A stretch of DNA of 64,000 nt from a virus (Duplodnaviria; Caudoviricetes). Location of the stretch: the IMG/VR virus record IMGVR_UViG_3300046460_000097; one strand, given 5' to 3'. The translations under genes were made by a program, and so were the position numbers. The notes beneath the pieces are model-generated. The model did not search any database, had not been told where the DNA came from, and saw nothing but the letters and a program-made list of their open reading frames with translations. Positions 1 to 9,465 of this stretch are shown here, piece by piece (position 1 is the stretch's first letter; every line of letters begins with the position of its first letter).

Positions 1-777
1 GGAGTTCATTGCACTGTAGCCTATTGCGTGAGGGAGCTTAGGACACCGTGCACTAGGCGCAACATAGTTACTGATCATCGGGTGAATAAAGTCAGACACC
101 TCACTGAAGCGGCGCAAACTATCCGCTGGTGAAGCTACGATAGTGTCGGTCGGATTGGCACGGTCATCAGCGCCCGTGGGAAGACGAACAATGAATTGAT
201 CGAAGCCCTTGGTAATGATCTTCCGCTGGTTGACCGGGGTGGTCGTAGTGGTGGGCATCCAAGGACCGTTATCATCCGTACCGAAATGCACGCCCGACTT
301 GTAGAACACATCGTAAAGAACAGCGATGTGGATAGGGGCGTTGGGGACGTAACAAATCTTCCCTCTCCGGATCCACTTGTTCCAAGTCGGGAGTGGGTTA
401 GAAGTGTACGGCGACGGGGCGATCGTTAACAACGCCATGAGGTCAGCCGGGAAAATGAAGTCTGTCGAGTTAACAGTCCCGAAGAACCCTAACTGGGTAT
501 CACCCCAAACCAGATCACGCGGCCCTGGGCCGTTGTTGTAATCGGCAACTACCTTAATCGGGTTAGAGTAAGCACTCTGTCCGCCGTTGACGGTTTCAAG
601 GGTGTAGTAGTACGTGTTACGACGAACAACAGTTTCATCGGTCCACGTGGTGATCGCGCCATCGAGGGTTGCCAGTGCCGTCCCGAGCTGGTCGTTAGGC
701 TTTTGTGTATCATTTCGATAAATCTTGGTGGTCACCGGAATCTGGTTACGGTTCAACCACTTGAGTTTAACGTACAT
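1..777 (-). CDS. Virion structural/tail protein, paralog of 788..1759 (3' end beyond window edge)
   Basis: Not in ORF track (runs off edge). ATG at 777 with GAGGT RBS; translates MYVKLKWLNRNQIPVTTKIYRND... with an FN3-like N-terminus and NGPGPRDLVWGDTQLGFFG motif matching the neighbour's SGPGSKNLLYGNEQLGYFG. Confidence 0.8.
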   Translation of the reverse strand, partial: MYVKLKWLNRNQIPVTTKIYRNDTQKPNDQLGTALATLDGAITTWTDETVVRRNTYYYTLETVNGGQSAYSNPIKVVADYNNGPGPRDLVWGDTQLGFFGTVNSTDFIFPADLMALLTIAPSPYTSNPLPTWNKWIRRGKICYVPNAPIHIAVLYDVFYKSGVHFGTDDNGPWMPTTTTTPVNQRKIITKGFDQFIVRLPTGADDRANPTDTIVASPADSLRRFSEVSDFIHPMISNYVAPSARCPKLPHAIGYSAMNS

Positions 778-787
778 TAGTTATACC

Positions 788-1759
788 TCATGTGTACACG
801 ATGTCGGTTACCACTAGCTGGTTTAGTAGACCAGTTTCTAGCTGTACTTCGGTCCGTTTAATTTTCAGTACCTGACTTGGGTACGTAACGTCAGTAACGA
901 CTGCTGGTTCATGAATGACGACCGTTGTAGTAGTCCCACGGTACTTGGCCAGTCCTACACTCTGGATGACGTCAGTGATTGATGCGGGTTGTAGCGGATC
1001 AAGCTGCGCTGCCAAATCGATATACGGCAACAGCGGTAGTTCGTTCCCAGGAATCAACTCAAGTGCGGGAAGCCAATAGTTAAGCTCCGTCTTAGGTGAG
1101 GAATACGTATACGTGTTATCGACGTGTTGTGCGTATGACGGGCCGGCGACGTAGGTACGTTGTGTAGGAACCTTTCGGCCACCCCAAGCAAAGGAGCTAG
1201 CGGAGAAGATACCCCACTTAGGTCCGCTATAAGCAGCAGGAGCACCTTGTACCAGCGCGTAGATCAACTGCACGAATTCAGAGCCACTAATGTTAGCCCC
1301 AGCACCGGTTAACAATTGCTGCGAGCCTGAACTGGTAGGGTCTGGGTTTGAATCGGCGGCAAACAAACGAACTTTTAGAACATCGGTTCCGACGTTCAAG
1401 ATTTTAAACTGATTCGTCGGAGTAGCGGTTGGATAATTACCGTTGCTGTCCACACCGTAAACTAGACCGGCGTTGTACAACTGGTTCCAGCTGAGGTTGT
1501 AAGCAAGGGTGTTGGTTGGAAAATAAAGGACCTTGCCTTTGTAGAACATCTTTACCCAGGTGTACGGTGCACCCTCGTCATTCCCGTTAAAGAAGTTAAA
1601 CAAACTTCTTAGTTTTCCTAAGGTGACAAGTTCAGCTGGGGTAAGCGTTCCGAAGTAACCTAATTGTTCGTTGCCGTAAAGAAGGTTCTTCGAGCCAGGT
1701 CCGGAGTTAGGAAAATTCGTCTGACCTCTTGAACCTAACCCTACGAGTGCTTCAAACAT
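788..1759 (-). CDS. Virion structural/tail-associated protein (phiKZ-like paralog family)
   Basis: 323-aa ORF, GAGGAG RBS, GPG..L..G...LGYFG motif shared with upstream paralog, co-oriented with tail fibre. Confidence 0.7.
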   Translation of the reverse strand: MFEALVGLGSRGQTNFPNSGPGSKNLLYGNEQLGYFGTLTPAELVTLGKLRSLFNFFNGNDEGAPYTWVKMFYKGKVLYFPTNTLAYNLSWNQLYNAGLVYGVDSNGNYPTATPTNQFKILNVGTDVLKVRLFAADSNPDPTSSGSQQLLTGAGANISGSEFVQLIYALVQGAPAAYSGPKWGIFSASSFAWGGRKVPTQRTYVAGPSYAQHVDNTYTYSSPKTELNYWLPALELIPGNELPLLPYIDLAAQLDPLQPASITDVIQSVGLAKYRGTTTTVVIHEPAVVTDVTYPSQVLKIKRTEVQLETGLLNQLVVTDIVYT

Positions 1760-1787
1760 GATGCGACTCCTCTAAAATAAACACACG

Positions 1788-1815
1788 AGAACCTCCCCCG
1801 TTAAAGGGAGGCTCT
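1788..1815 (-). terminator. Stem-loop/putative intrinsic terminator
   Basis: Minus strand AGAGCCTCCC-8nt-GGGAGGTTCT followed by a T-rich stretch. Confidence 0.55.
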
Positions 1816-1828
1816 GTGCGCTAATGGG

Positions 1829-4800
1829 TTAAGGCACTACTGCGCCTGCTGCACCCACCCACTCAACACCATCCCAGGTGAAGGTAAGGTAAGTGCGGCT
1901 ACCGGTCAGAGCAGGAGGAGACCCCGTGTTCCAGACCAGAGCGGTAGCCCCAGTAGGAGCGAAGGTAATGACACCTGCAGCACCGTTGACTTTCACTACC
2001 ACAACCAACGCACGAGCACCGTTTGGACTAGCAGTCTTCGGACCGTCCGCCAGCGTGATGGTTTTGGCAGTTGCACCGGAGTTATCGATCCGGCAGAACA
2101 GGTTAACGTTCGGGTCGATGCCACCAGTCGCAGACAGGGCCAGAATCGGCACGTCGTAACGGTCGAAGGAGACCCAGCCAGTGCCTTTGTAGACGTATTG
2201 CTTACCGTCGTTCGCAGGCGCTGCGATACCTTGAGCTGGCAGAACCACCCAAGTCTTGTCGCCCTTACGGACATACAAGTTGCTGTCCGTTGGGACGTCA
2301 GCGAAGCCAGGTACGAATGCAGTGATCTGCGCCTGGATTTTGCCGAAGGCCGTGAGGACCGTGTCAGCAGCAGTGATAGCACCACCAGTACCGAAGGAGA
2401 CACCAGCCAGCGTAACTGCACGCACACGAGCAGGGGTGTGGTAGAGGTTAGTCGTACCTTCAGCTACGGCGTCTGTAGTTCCAGGCGAAGCTACCAGTCC
2501 AATGTAAACAGAACCAGTCCAGCGGAACTGTGCGTTGGTTGCGAGGGAGATGTAGATCTTCCCTGTTTCACCCGTTGCAGGGAATGCCGCTTGGTTAGCA
2601 AACTCCAGAACGTCATCGACGTAGCTAGGCAACTGACCTGCTGGGATCTTGCCAGCAACCAGAGTCGGAACACTAACACCCAACTCAGCAACCGGAACAC
2701 CACCCAAGCTGGTAATCGTAGGAACGTTATACTGCAGCCAAGTGTGGTCACCTTTACGCAGGTAGGTGTTGCTGTCCGTAGGAACGTCAGCGAACCCTGG
2801 GAATGGCAGTTCAACCCACTCACCTTCGTTGTCGGTGTTACCATCCTTGAGAGAACGGACGTACATCTTGCCCGGTTCCATGTCTGGCACTTCGTCAACC
2901 GGCAGTACGATCCACTCGTTGCCCAGACGTACAGCCTTACCGAAGGACAGCAGCGGCGAGTTAACATCACCCGCAACCAGTTGACCCCAGTACTGCCAGC
3001 CGCCTACAGCAGACTTGTAGTAGACCTTGAAGGTATCCGACACAGCCCAGTCACCGATGTTACCGGTGAAACCTGCACCCGGTTCATCAACACCAGCAGG
3101 CAGAGTAATCCAGACGGAGCCTTTATCACCCTTGTCGCCTTTCTTGCCGATACCGATAGGGCCTTGAACACCTTGAACACCCTGAGGACCACGAACCAGA
3201 CCGATGTCGATCCACTTGCCGCCTTCAGCAGTAGTCCAGATAGCCAGGTTGTTACCAACCAGATAGCCATCGCCCAGTGTACCGGTCGGATGAGCAGCAG
3301 CCAGATCACCGATGGTGTTGTACGCACCCAAGATCTGGATGGACGTACCTGGATCGCCCTTCTCACCGTTTTCACCTGGAGGACCCTCTGGACCGGTGAT
3401 GTCGAATGGACCTTCCCACTCGCCTTCAGTCAGAACGTAGAGTTCCTTGGTGCTGACGATGAACCAGCCGTCACCATTCTGAGCACCCTGTTGGATGCTA
3501 GGCAGGTATTGAGGACCAGCCACGTAACCACGCAGGTTGATACCGGTACCTTGGTCACCTTTAGGGCCAGGAGCGCCCACAGGACCACAGTCAACCCACA
3601 CACCGCCCAAGGAGATGAACAGGATGTTGTTCAGGTCGACGTAAGCCTTACCTGGGTTGGTCACTGGATCTGGAACTTCTTCGTTACCAGGAGTCAGGAT
3701 CTTGATGATCGTGATCGAGGAGCCGTTAGCACCAGGAGAACCGTTCTCACCGTCAGCGCCTTTGAAGGAACCCAGCGCTACCCAGTTACCGCCGATCTGA
3801 GCATACAGGGTGTTGGTGTCACGTACAGCCCATACATCTTGTTCCGCTGGAGAAGCCGGCAGTGCGGTGTAAGTAGCAACCGAACCCTTAACGATGATGT
3901 TGGTACCGTTGGTACCGTTGGTGCCTTTCAGCGAAGCCAAGAACTCAGCCGACGAACCGGTGAAGCCCTGAGACAGCCACAGTTGGTAAGTAGACTGCCC
4001 GCGGAAAGGACCAACGTCTACCCAGTTACCGCCGGTGAGAACATGCAGGTGACCGTCGTCATCGGTAACGTAACCATCCTGCTCTACCGGGTTAACGATG
4101 TTACCCAGTTGAGGAGCGTTGGCGACAGTGCCTTTAACGTTCAGGTTCTGACCGCGTGGACCTTCTGGACCCGGAACAACAGAGTGCAACGAAGTCAACC
4201 ACTGTTGCAGTGTGCCGCCGTAACCGTCAGTGACAGCGAGATCGTAAGCAGACAGACCGCCTACAGAACCCAAGTCGACATATTCGCCCGGATCAGTTAC
4301 CCAGACGTACAGGTGGCTACCAACGTACCAAGCCTCGGTTGGAGTACCCGGAGTTGGCAGAGCTGCTTCGTTAACCTTGGAGCCCTTAACTTCGAACGGG
4401 GCACGAGCAGGACCTTCAGGACCTTCAGGACCTGGAGTGATCGAAACCAGACTGGCGAGGAATGCGTCTTCGTCACCAACACCACCTCGGTCTTTCCAGA
4501 TCTGGTAAGCGGACTTACCAATCAGAGTCGCCAGCCATTGAGGCTTGGTACCCACGAAACCTGTTTCAACAGCCGTGTCATAGGCACTTTGACCTTCAGG
4601 GCCTTCCAGACCGATGGAGTTCCAAACTGGATCCAGGTCAGGATCGCTGCCGTCACCACCCGGGATCAGCAACCACAGGTCGCTCTTCCAGATGTAGGCA
4701 TCACCGATGGTCGAAGACTGCCACGCAGGAAGCGCAGAGCCATCAGGCCATGTACCCAGCAGGGTAACACCGCGTTGACCCAGCAGAGAACCAGAGCTTG

Positions 4801-6205
4801 GCCAGTCAGTGCCGTTCCAGATACGCAGAGCACCTTGAACGAAGTACGCAGTACCGATAGCCAAGCCCGCAGTTGGGATGGCGTCCAGCGCTGCTTCGTT
4901 GTCCAGTGTACCCACGAGGGTAATAGCGCCAGCATCACCTTTAACACCTTTCAGGCTGGCGATGAACTGTGCTTCGGTACCGCTGTTGCCCAGATCTTTC
5001 CAGGACTGGTACGCCGACTTGCCGATCAGGCTGGTCAGGTACTCAGACTGAGTGCCAGGGAAGCCAGCAGCTTTCGCGAGGTCATACGCGGACAGCCCGT
5101 CATCACCTTTAAGACCGATGGTTACCCAACCTTCAACAGGGATGAGCATCCAGATGTCTTTCTTCCAGTAGTACGCATCGCCAATCTCGTTGGCATCTAC
5201 GGCAGGAAGAGGAACAGCGTCAGGCCATTGACCCAGAACAGTGATACCACGTTTGCCCAACAGCGAGTTGGAATGGATCCACTCGTCGCCGTTCCACACG
5301 GACATACCGGCAGCAACGAAGTACGCATCACCAACCGACAGACCGGCTGTAGGGATCGCGTCGAGGTCTTCGAAGTTGTTCAGCGTACCCAACAGCAGGA
5401 TGGAGCCGGATTCGCCATTAGTGCCCTTCAGGGACTCTAGGAACTCGGCTTCGGTGCCAGCAGGGTGACCGTTGTCTTTCCACGTTTGATACGCGGACTT
5501 ACCAACGAGGGTCAGGAGCCATTCGGCTTCAGTGCCGCTGTTGCCTTGACCGAGCCAGATTTGGTAAGCAGTCTTGCCAACCAAGCTGGCAGCGAACTCT
5601 GCTTCAGTGCCAGTGTTGCCTTGGTCTTTCCAAGACTGGTAAGCACTCTTACCTACGAGGCTAACAAGCCACTGTGGTTTGGTGCCAGAGAAGCCACCTG
5701 CAACAGCGATGTCGTAAGCACTGTCACCGGTGTCGCCTTTCAGACCGATAGTGACCCAGTCATCCGGTTCAGGGATAAGGAGCCAGATGTCGCTCTTCCA
5801 GATGTAGGCGTCGCCCACTTCGTTGTTGTCGCGGGTAGGCAGCGCCAAACCATCTGGCCAGCGACCCAGCAGGGTGATACCGCGCGGACCGAGCAGGGAA
5901 CCGGAGTCTACCCATTCGATCATGTTCCAGACGCAGAGAGACGACTCAACAAAGTAAGCATCACCTTTCTTGAGGTCTTCGGTTGGAATGGCGTCCAGAT
6001 CCGCGTGAGTGTTCAGCGTACCGATGACGTTGAGGCCACCAACGATCAGCGCAGCGAGCTGGGCTTTCAGGTAGTCGGTACGCGCAGCCAACGCGACGGC
6101 CTGTTTGTTAGAAGGAGCGGCCTCGTCGCCGCCCTTTACGTCTTCTCCCTCCGCCAAAAGCGGTACGGCGGGAAAAGTGTCGGGTTTTTCCGTGATGTCA
6201 GTCAT
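1829..6205 (-). CDS. Collagen-like repeat tail fibre protein
   Basis: 1458 aa; Gly-X-Y runs (GPEGPEGP, GAPGPKGDQG, GPQGVQGVQGP), ten G.SAY..W/A-type repeats, fibre motifs LPSYVDDVLEF..FPATGETGKIY and ADVPTDSN.Y.RKGD.TW. Confidence 0.85.
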   Translation of the reverse strand: MTDITEKPDTFPAVPLLAEGEDVKGGDEAAPSNKQAVALAARTDYLKAQLAALIVGGLNVIGTLNTHADLDAIPTEDLKKGDAYFVESSLCVWNMIEWVDSGSLLGPRGITLLGRWPDGLALPTRDNNEVGDAYIWKSDIWLLIPEPDDWVTIGLKGDTGDSAYDIAVAGGFSGTKPQWLVSLVGKSAYQSWKDQGNTGTEAEFAASLVGKTAYQIWLGQGNSGTEAEWLLTLVGKSAYQTWKDNGHPAGTEAEFLESLKGTNGESGSILLLGTLNNFEDLDAIPTAGLSVGDAYFVAAGMSVWNGDEWIHSNSLLGKRGITVLGQWPDAVPLPAVDANEIGDAYYWKKDIWMLIPVEGWVTIGLKGDDGLSAYDLAKAAGFPGTQSEYLTSLIGKSAYQSWKDLGNSGTEAQFIASLKGVKGDAGAITLVGTLDNEAALDAIPTAGLAIGTAYFVQGALRIWNGTDWPSSGSLLGQRGVTLLGTWPDGSALPAWQSSTIGDAYIWKSDLWLLIPGGDGSDPDLDPVWNSIGLEGPEGQSAYDTAVETGFVGTKPQWLATLIGKSAYQIWKDRGGVGDEDAFLASLVSITPGPEGPEGPARAPFEVKGSKVNEAALPTPGTPTEAWYVGSHLYVWVTDPGEYVDLGSVGGLSAYDLAVTDGYGGTLQQWLTSLHSVVPGPEGPRGQNLNVKGTVANAPQLGNIVNPVEQDGYVTDDDGHLHVLTGGNWVDVGPFRGQSTYQLWLSQGFTGSSAEFLASLKGTNGTNGTNIIVKGSVATYTALPASPAEQDVWAVRDTNTLYAQIGGNWVALGSFKGADGENGSPGANGSSITIIKILTPGNEEVPDPVTNPGKAYVDLNNILFISLGGVWVDCGPVGAPGPKGDQGTGINLRGYVAGPQYLPSIQQGAQNGDGWFIVSTKELYVLTEGEWEGPFDITGPEGPPGENGEKGDPGTSIQILGAYNTIGDLAAAHPTGTLGDGYLVGNNLAIWTTAEGGKWIDIGLVRGPQGVQGVQGPIGIGKKGDKGDKGSVWITLPAGVDEPGAGFTGNIGDWAVSDTFKVYYKSAVGGWQYWGQLVAGDVNSPLLSFGKAVRLGNEWIVLPVDEVPDMEPGKMYVRSLKDGNTDNEGEWVELPFPGFADVPTDSNTYLRKGDHTWLQYNVPTITSLGGVPVAELGVSVPTLVAGKIPAGQLPSYVDDVLEFANQAAFPATGETGKIYISLATNAQFRWTGSVYIGLVASPGTTDAVAEGTTNLYHTPARVRAVTLAGVSFGTGGAITAADTVLTAFGKIQAQITAFVPGFADVPTDSNLYVRKGDKTWVVLPAQGIAAPANDGKQYVYKGTGWVSFDRYDVPILALSATGGIDPNVNLFCRIDNSGATAKTITLADGPKTASPNGARALVVVVKVNGAAGVITFAPTGATALVWNTGSPPALTGSRTYLTFTWDGVEWVGAAGAVVP

Positions 6206-6215
6206 AACTCAACCT

Positions 6216-6794
6216 TTAATAAGTGATAGTACCGTCGTGTTTGTAAGTACCGTCGTATTTCTTGGCGCCTGTTGGATTAGCTTCGACGATGGTAAGCGTC
6301 CCTACCACGGTATGTGAATCGATGGTCGCCGTAGTGACATCGAAGTCAACAGTGATTTCCGTATCGAGCAAAGCGTACTGACAACTGTTCTTGATGATCG
6401 ACTTAACCATCACAGGAGACAGATCCCCATTGCTAACAAGAATTGCTCCTGTCGTGCTACCGCCCTCTCCTGACAAGAGGTAAAAGCCCTGCATGCCTTT
6501 TGTCTTTAGAACCTCGAGGGTGAGAGGTCCCGGCTCGATCGGGTTTGCAATACCGTCATCGCTATACGTAGCGGGGGTATATTTCTGGTCTACACCAGTG
6601 AAAAGATTTGGGGAATCGACGTCCACCAAATAACTGATAATGCCTGCATTCACCGCTTTCCGAAAGTTGGTGAACGCTACAGTGCCGAGTGTCAGGGTTG
6701 AGAGTGCATTTACGAAGTCGTGTTCATCCTTATATCGTTCCTGGTTATAAGCGATGAACCTGTCCAAAAACAGTTGATCATTTGGAAAGGCCAT
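6216..6794 (-). CDS. Hypothetical protein, probably virion-associated
   Basis: ORF 6216..6806; ATG at 6794 preceded by GGA; first gene of the fibre operon. Confidence 0.65.
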   Translation of the reverse strand: MAFPNDQLFLDRFIAYNQERYKDEHDFVNALSTLTLGTVAFTNFRKAVNAGIISYLVDVDSPNLFTGVDQKYTPATYSDDGIANPIEPGPLTLEVLKTKGMQGFYLLSGEGGSTTGAILVSNGDLSPVMVKSIIKNSCQYALLDTEITVDFDVTTATIDSHTVVGTLTIVEANPTGAKKYDGTYKHDGTITY

Positions 6795-6885
6795 ATTAAA
6801 TTCCACGGTAATGTCAGGGGTGGTAGATCATAAAATTGGGAAATAGAATAATGGTGTTAAATTACTTTATAACCGTTTTCACAAC

Positions 6886-6893
6886 TATATTAC
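6886..6893 (+). promoter_or_regulatory. phiKZ-type early promoter (TATATTAC)
   Basis: GTTTTCACAACTATATTACTAG; TATATTAC is the established phiKZ early-promoter core; heads a cluster of small genes. Confidence 0.8.
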
Positions 6894-6942
6894 TAGGGTA
6901 GATAACAGAAATTCGATTCTCTCCTCAAAAAGGAATATCTGC

Positions 6943-7446
6943 ATGCTGACTCCATCGCAAGAACTATTGGCTATTCTTCCTTACTACCCAATCGAGATTG
7001 ACAATCGGGTTTACTTCCCGACTCATGTTGGTCACCCAGCGGGTACCTTCCGAGTGGGTAAACTCGGCGACGCTGTATGGTACGTGGACATCCGTTCGCG
7101 TAAACCTTACTACCGTTCGTTGGCCGAACTGCAACATCGGGCGTTCCCTGTTGATCGTGAGAAGCTTCAGGAGGAACTGGACTTCCTAGCACGCGACGAG
7201 TACAAGGCGGTTCCTATTCACTTCCATGGTGAGTTGCATCCTGTGGTGTTGGTAACACGGGCTAGTCGTGGTGTGGTTGATGGGTTAACCAATCCTGAGA
7301 TCACCACCATCGGGGTGACTACCAAGGGTGTTCCTCTGGACGCTGCTGCGGGGTCTGTCAAGGTAGCTGCTGCATTGGTACAGAACAAGTGGTTCAAGGG
7401 ATTCCTCCGACTACCACTCATTTTGGAAGAAACTATTTATAAATAA
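6943..7446 (+). CDS. Hypothetical protein (early)
   Basis: 167-aa ORF, AAGGA RBS, downstream of early promoter. Confidence 0.75.
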   Translation: MLTPSQELLAILPYYPIEIDNRVYFPTHVGHPAGTFRVGKLGDAVWYVDIRSRKPYYRSLAELQHRAFPVDREKLQEELDFLARDEYKAVPIHFHGELHPVVLVTRASRGVVDGLTNPEITTIGVTTKGVPLDAAAGSVKVAAALVQNKWFKGFLRLPLILEETIYK

Positions 7447-7455
7447 GGGGGCGTC

Positions 7456-7722
7456 ATGGGCGAAGTAGTTCAATACGCTGAGATGGTTAAACGTCGTGCC
7501 AATAAACAAGGTGGGCGTGACTTTACTCCGGCAGCGGCGGTACGAAAAGAGAAACGACGCAATGAGATTACTGCACGGTTGAGAGAGATCAACAATGAAG
7601 TCGTGCAGCAAGAAGAAATCATTTACGTCGGGGGTACCGTTCTTCTGCGTGAAGGTGCTGCAATTAAACGGTTAGCTCTCCTGATGGAAGCAGCCAAGTT
7701 ACGCGATGAGTACATGGAGTAA
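7456..7722 (+). CDS. Hypothetical protein
   Basis: 88 aa, AGGGGG RBS, tightly packed. Confidence 0.7.
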   Translation: MGEVVQYAEMVKRRANKQGGRDFTPAAAVRKEKRRNEITARLREINNEVVQQEEIIYVGGTVLLREGAAIKRLALLMEAAKLRDEYME

Positions 7723-7724
7723 AC

Positions 7725-7937
7725 ATGGAAAACGATGAAGAAGTAAAACCACCACTGCGATTCAGTGCTTCTTGCGGTACGGGTTCAGCGCTAGCCGCTC
7801 TTTTGTTTCTGGTGTGCTGGGTTGTTGGCTGGGTATTGGCCAAGGGGTTCTGGAGCACCCTCATTTCGGTGTGTCTTCCTCCGTGGGGTTGGTACCTCAT
7901 CGTAGAGAAAATCATGTTGGCATACGGACTGGTCTAA
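7725..7937 (+). CDS. Small membrane protein (two hydrophobic segments)
   Basis: 70 aa, GGAG RBS; ALAALLFLVCWVVGWVLA and GFWSTLISVCLPPWGWYLIV. Confidence 0.75.
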   Translation: MENDEEVKPPLRFSASCGTGSALAALLFLVCWVVGWVLAKGFWSTLISVCLPPWGWYLIVEKIMLAYGLV

Positions 7938-7941
7938 CATT

Positions 7942-7966
7942 TTAGGGGAGGGGAGGCCTCCTCTAA
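7942..7966 (+). terminator. Stem-loop
   Basis: TTAGGGGAGG-5nt-CCTCCTCTAA. Confidence 0.5.
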
Positions 7967-7991
7967 TGCCAACTTGTATAGGGAACATGTA

Positions 7992-8276
7992 ATGCAATCA
8001 ACGATCGTTGAACAGGGCGTAGTCCCTACATCGAACAAAACTGTCATCCTTGGTAAAGTGCTTTTCAACGCAGCGCACGGGGAAGAAGAAGTTTATTCGG
8101 TTTACCACGAAGACGAAGGCCCAGCAAGTGGTGTGTTCTATATCACCCGGACCTGTGCCCGTATCGACTTCAACCTGGAAGTTGCAGGTGACGAAGATTA
8201 CGAGCGATTGTCTCGTGAAGCTGGCGGTTTGTGCGGTAAGACGTACAACGAAATGAAAGCGTTTCTTGAGCGGTAA
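7992..8276 (+). CDS. Hypothetical protein
   Basis: ATG at 7992 with AGGGA RBS; 94 aa. Confidence 0.7.
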   Translation: MQSTIVEQGVVPTSNKTVILGKVLFNAAHGEEEVYSVYHEDEGPASGVFYITRTCARIDFNLEVAGDEDYERLSREAGGLCGKTYNEMKAFLER

Positions 8277-8300
8277 ATAACGCGAATTAATTATAACCAC

Positions 8301-8337
8301 TAGGCCATCCTATCCCTACTCGGGATGGGATGGTTTA
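8301..8337 (+). terminator. Intrinsic terminator
   Basis: TAGGCCATCCTATCCC-TACTC-GGGATGGGATGGTTTA then TTT. Confidence 0.7.
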
Positions 8338-8400
8338 TTTAAGATACATTTGTTTTTGGGCCTATATTACTAGTAGGATAAAGGTAATCAATACCTTTCA
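8337..8400 (+). promoter_or_regulatory. Early promoter cassette copy 1 (TATATTAC at 8363-8370 plus 7-bp hairpin 8380-8398)
   Basis: 55/64 nt identical to 51705..51768 by manual alignment. Confidence 0.85.
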
Positions 8401-8422
8401 ATTGGTCTTCGAGGATACTGTT

Positions 8423-8848
8423 ATGGAAAGTAATAAACTGCAACCTCAGGTTCTGATCCGCAAGGGTGAGGAAGGTTTCGAACTCAACTATGGCAAACAA
8501 GTCATGGGTGAGTTGGATGGCATTAAGTTCTGTGCCGAGCAGTGGTACATGGAGCTGTTTCAGCTCCCGTACACTGTGGTGGAAGAAGTTCCGGTGTTCT
8601 TGCTGGACTTCCATGTGGACGTAGAGATGGGTAACGACCGGAAGATCTTCCATGCATTTGCAAAGGAAGACTTGCGACCTCTGGCCATCGCGTTCTCCAA
8701 GCTTAATGGCGGTCGTTGGGCTGGGGTTAGCCACAAGGTCCGTTGGCTGGAGACCTATCGTAACGGTCATGTGGAGAACGCTCATCAGACCATCGATGAG
8801 TTCTACCTCGACATGACTCCAGAGCAGATCGAACATTCCAAGTTCTGA
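8423..8848 (+). CDS. Hypothetical protein (early)
   Basis: ATG 8423 with GAGGA RBS; 141 aa. Confidence 0.75.
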   Translation: MESNKLQPQVLIRKGEEGFELNYGKQVMGELDGIKFCAEQWYMELFQLPYTVVEEVPVFLLDFHVDVEMGNDRKIFHAFAKEDLRPLAIAFSKLNGGRWAGVSHKVRWLETYRNGHVENAHQTIDEFYLDMTPEQIEHSKF

Positions 8849-8894
8849 TCTGCTTCTCCACCACAACACCCTCTCTTTGTACAAGGATACTGTT

Positions 8895-9194
8895 ATGAGC
8901 AATGAAGTTAACGTTACCGGTCGTCGTCGTGTTGTCGCTACCATGATGCGTGGTAAGAGTAAAGAAGTGATCATGGCGCGTCGCTATGCTTACTTCGATA
9001 CCGCTATGCCCAGGATGTTGCAACTGGCGATGACCTATTGTAACGAGGGCGATTTCATTGAGATCACCAGCGATGAATTTGGTTTTCAGCTGGGTGTTCT
9101 GCACGTCCGTAAGGGCGGTCGCTTCGAGGTGGACATGAGTCCATTGGTTAAATCCAGTCCATCCCTGCTCAAGCTCATGAGCGAAAAGGAGTAA
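8895..9194 (+). CDS. Hypothetical protein
   Basis: ATG 8895 with AAGGA RBS; 99 aa. Confidence 0.75.
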   Translation: MSNEVNVTGRRRVVATMMRGKSKEVIMARRYAYFDTAMPRMLQLAMTYCNEGDFIEITSDEFGFQLGVLHVRKGGRFEVDMSPLVKSSPSLLKLMSEKE

Positions 9195-9198
9195 CACC

Positions 9199-9465
9199 AT
9201 GGGTCAAGTTCTTCAGTTGTTCAACAACGACAAAGGTGCCAAGTACGTTCGGTCTCCTAAGGCAATCGCCTTGGCAGATAGGCTGAACCTGGGTCGCGCT
9301 ATCGAGACTCAACAGAACCTCGTGGATGTTTATTCCGACCTCGTGCATTCTTCGGTCGATCCTCGTGATTCTTTTGTTGCTCGTCAGTTTGCCAAAGAAG
9401 CACAGCTTGATCTCGATAAGCTGGTTGCTGAATACGCCGGCAAGTACGGTGTCCTGATACTGTAA
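9199..9465 (+). CDS. Hypothetical protein
   Basis: 88 aa, AAGGAG RBS. Confidence 0.75.
   Translation: MGQVLQLFNNDKGAKYVRSPKAIALADRLNLGRAIETQQNLVDVYSDLVHSSVDPRDSFVARQFAKEAQLDLDKLVAEYAGKYGVLIL

Noticed and set aside
2198-5440. 1080-aa + strand ORF
   Set aside because: In-register antisense shadow of the Gly-rich tail fibre; no RBS, R/S/T-rich composition without motifs
1829-6205. Diversity-generating retroelement template/variable repeat pair in the fibre
   Set aside because: Repeats differ at all base types with synonymous bias, not adenine-specific; no reverse transcriptase in window
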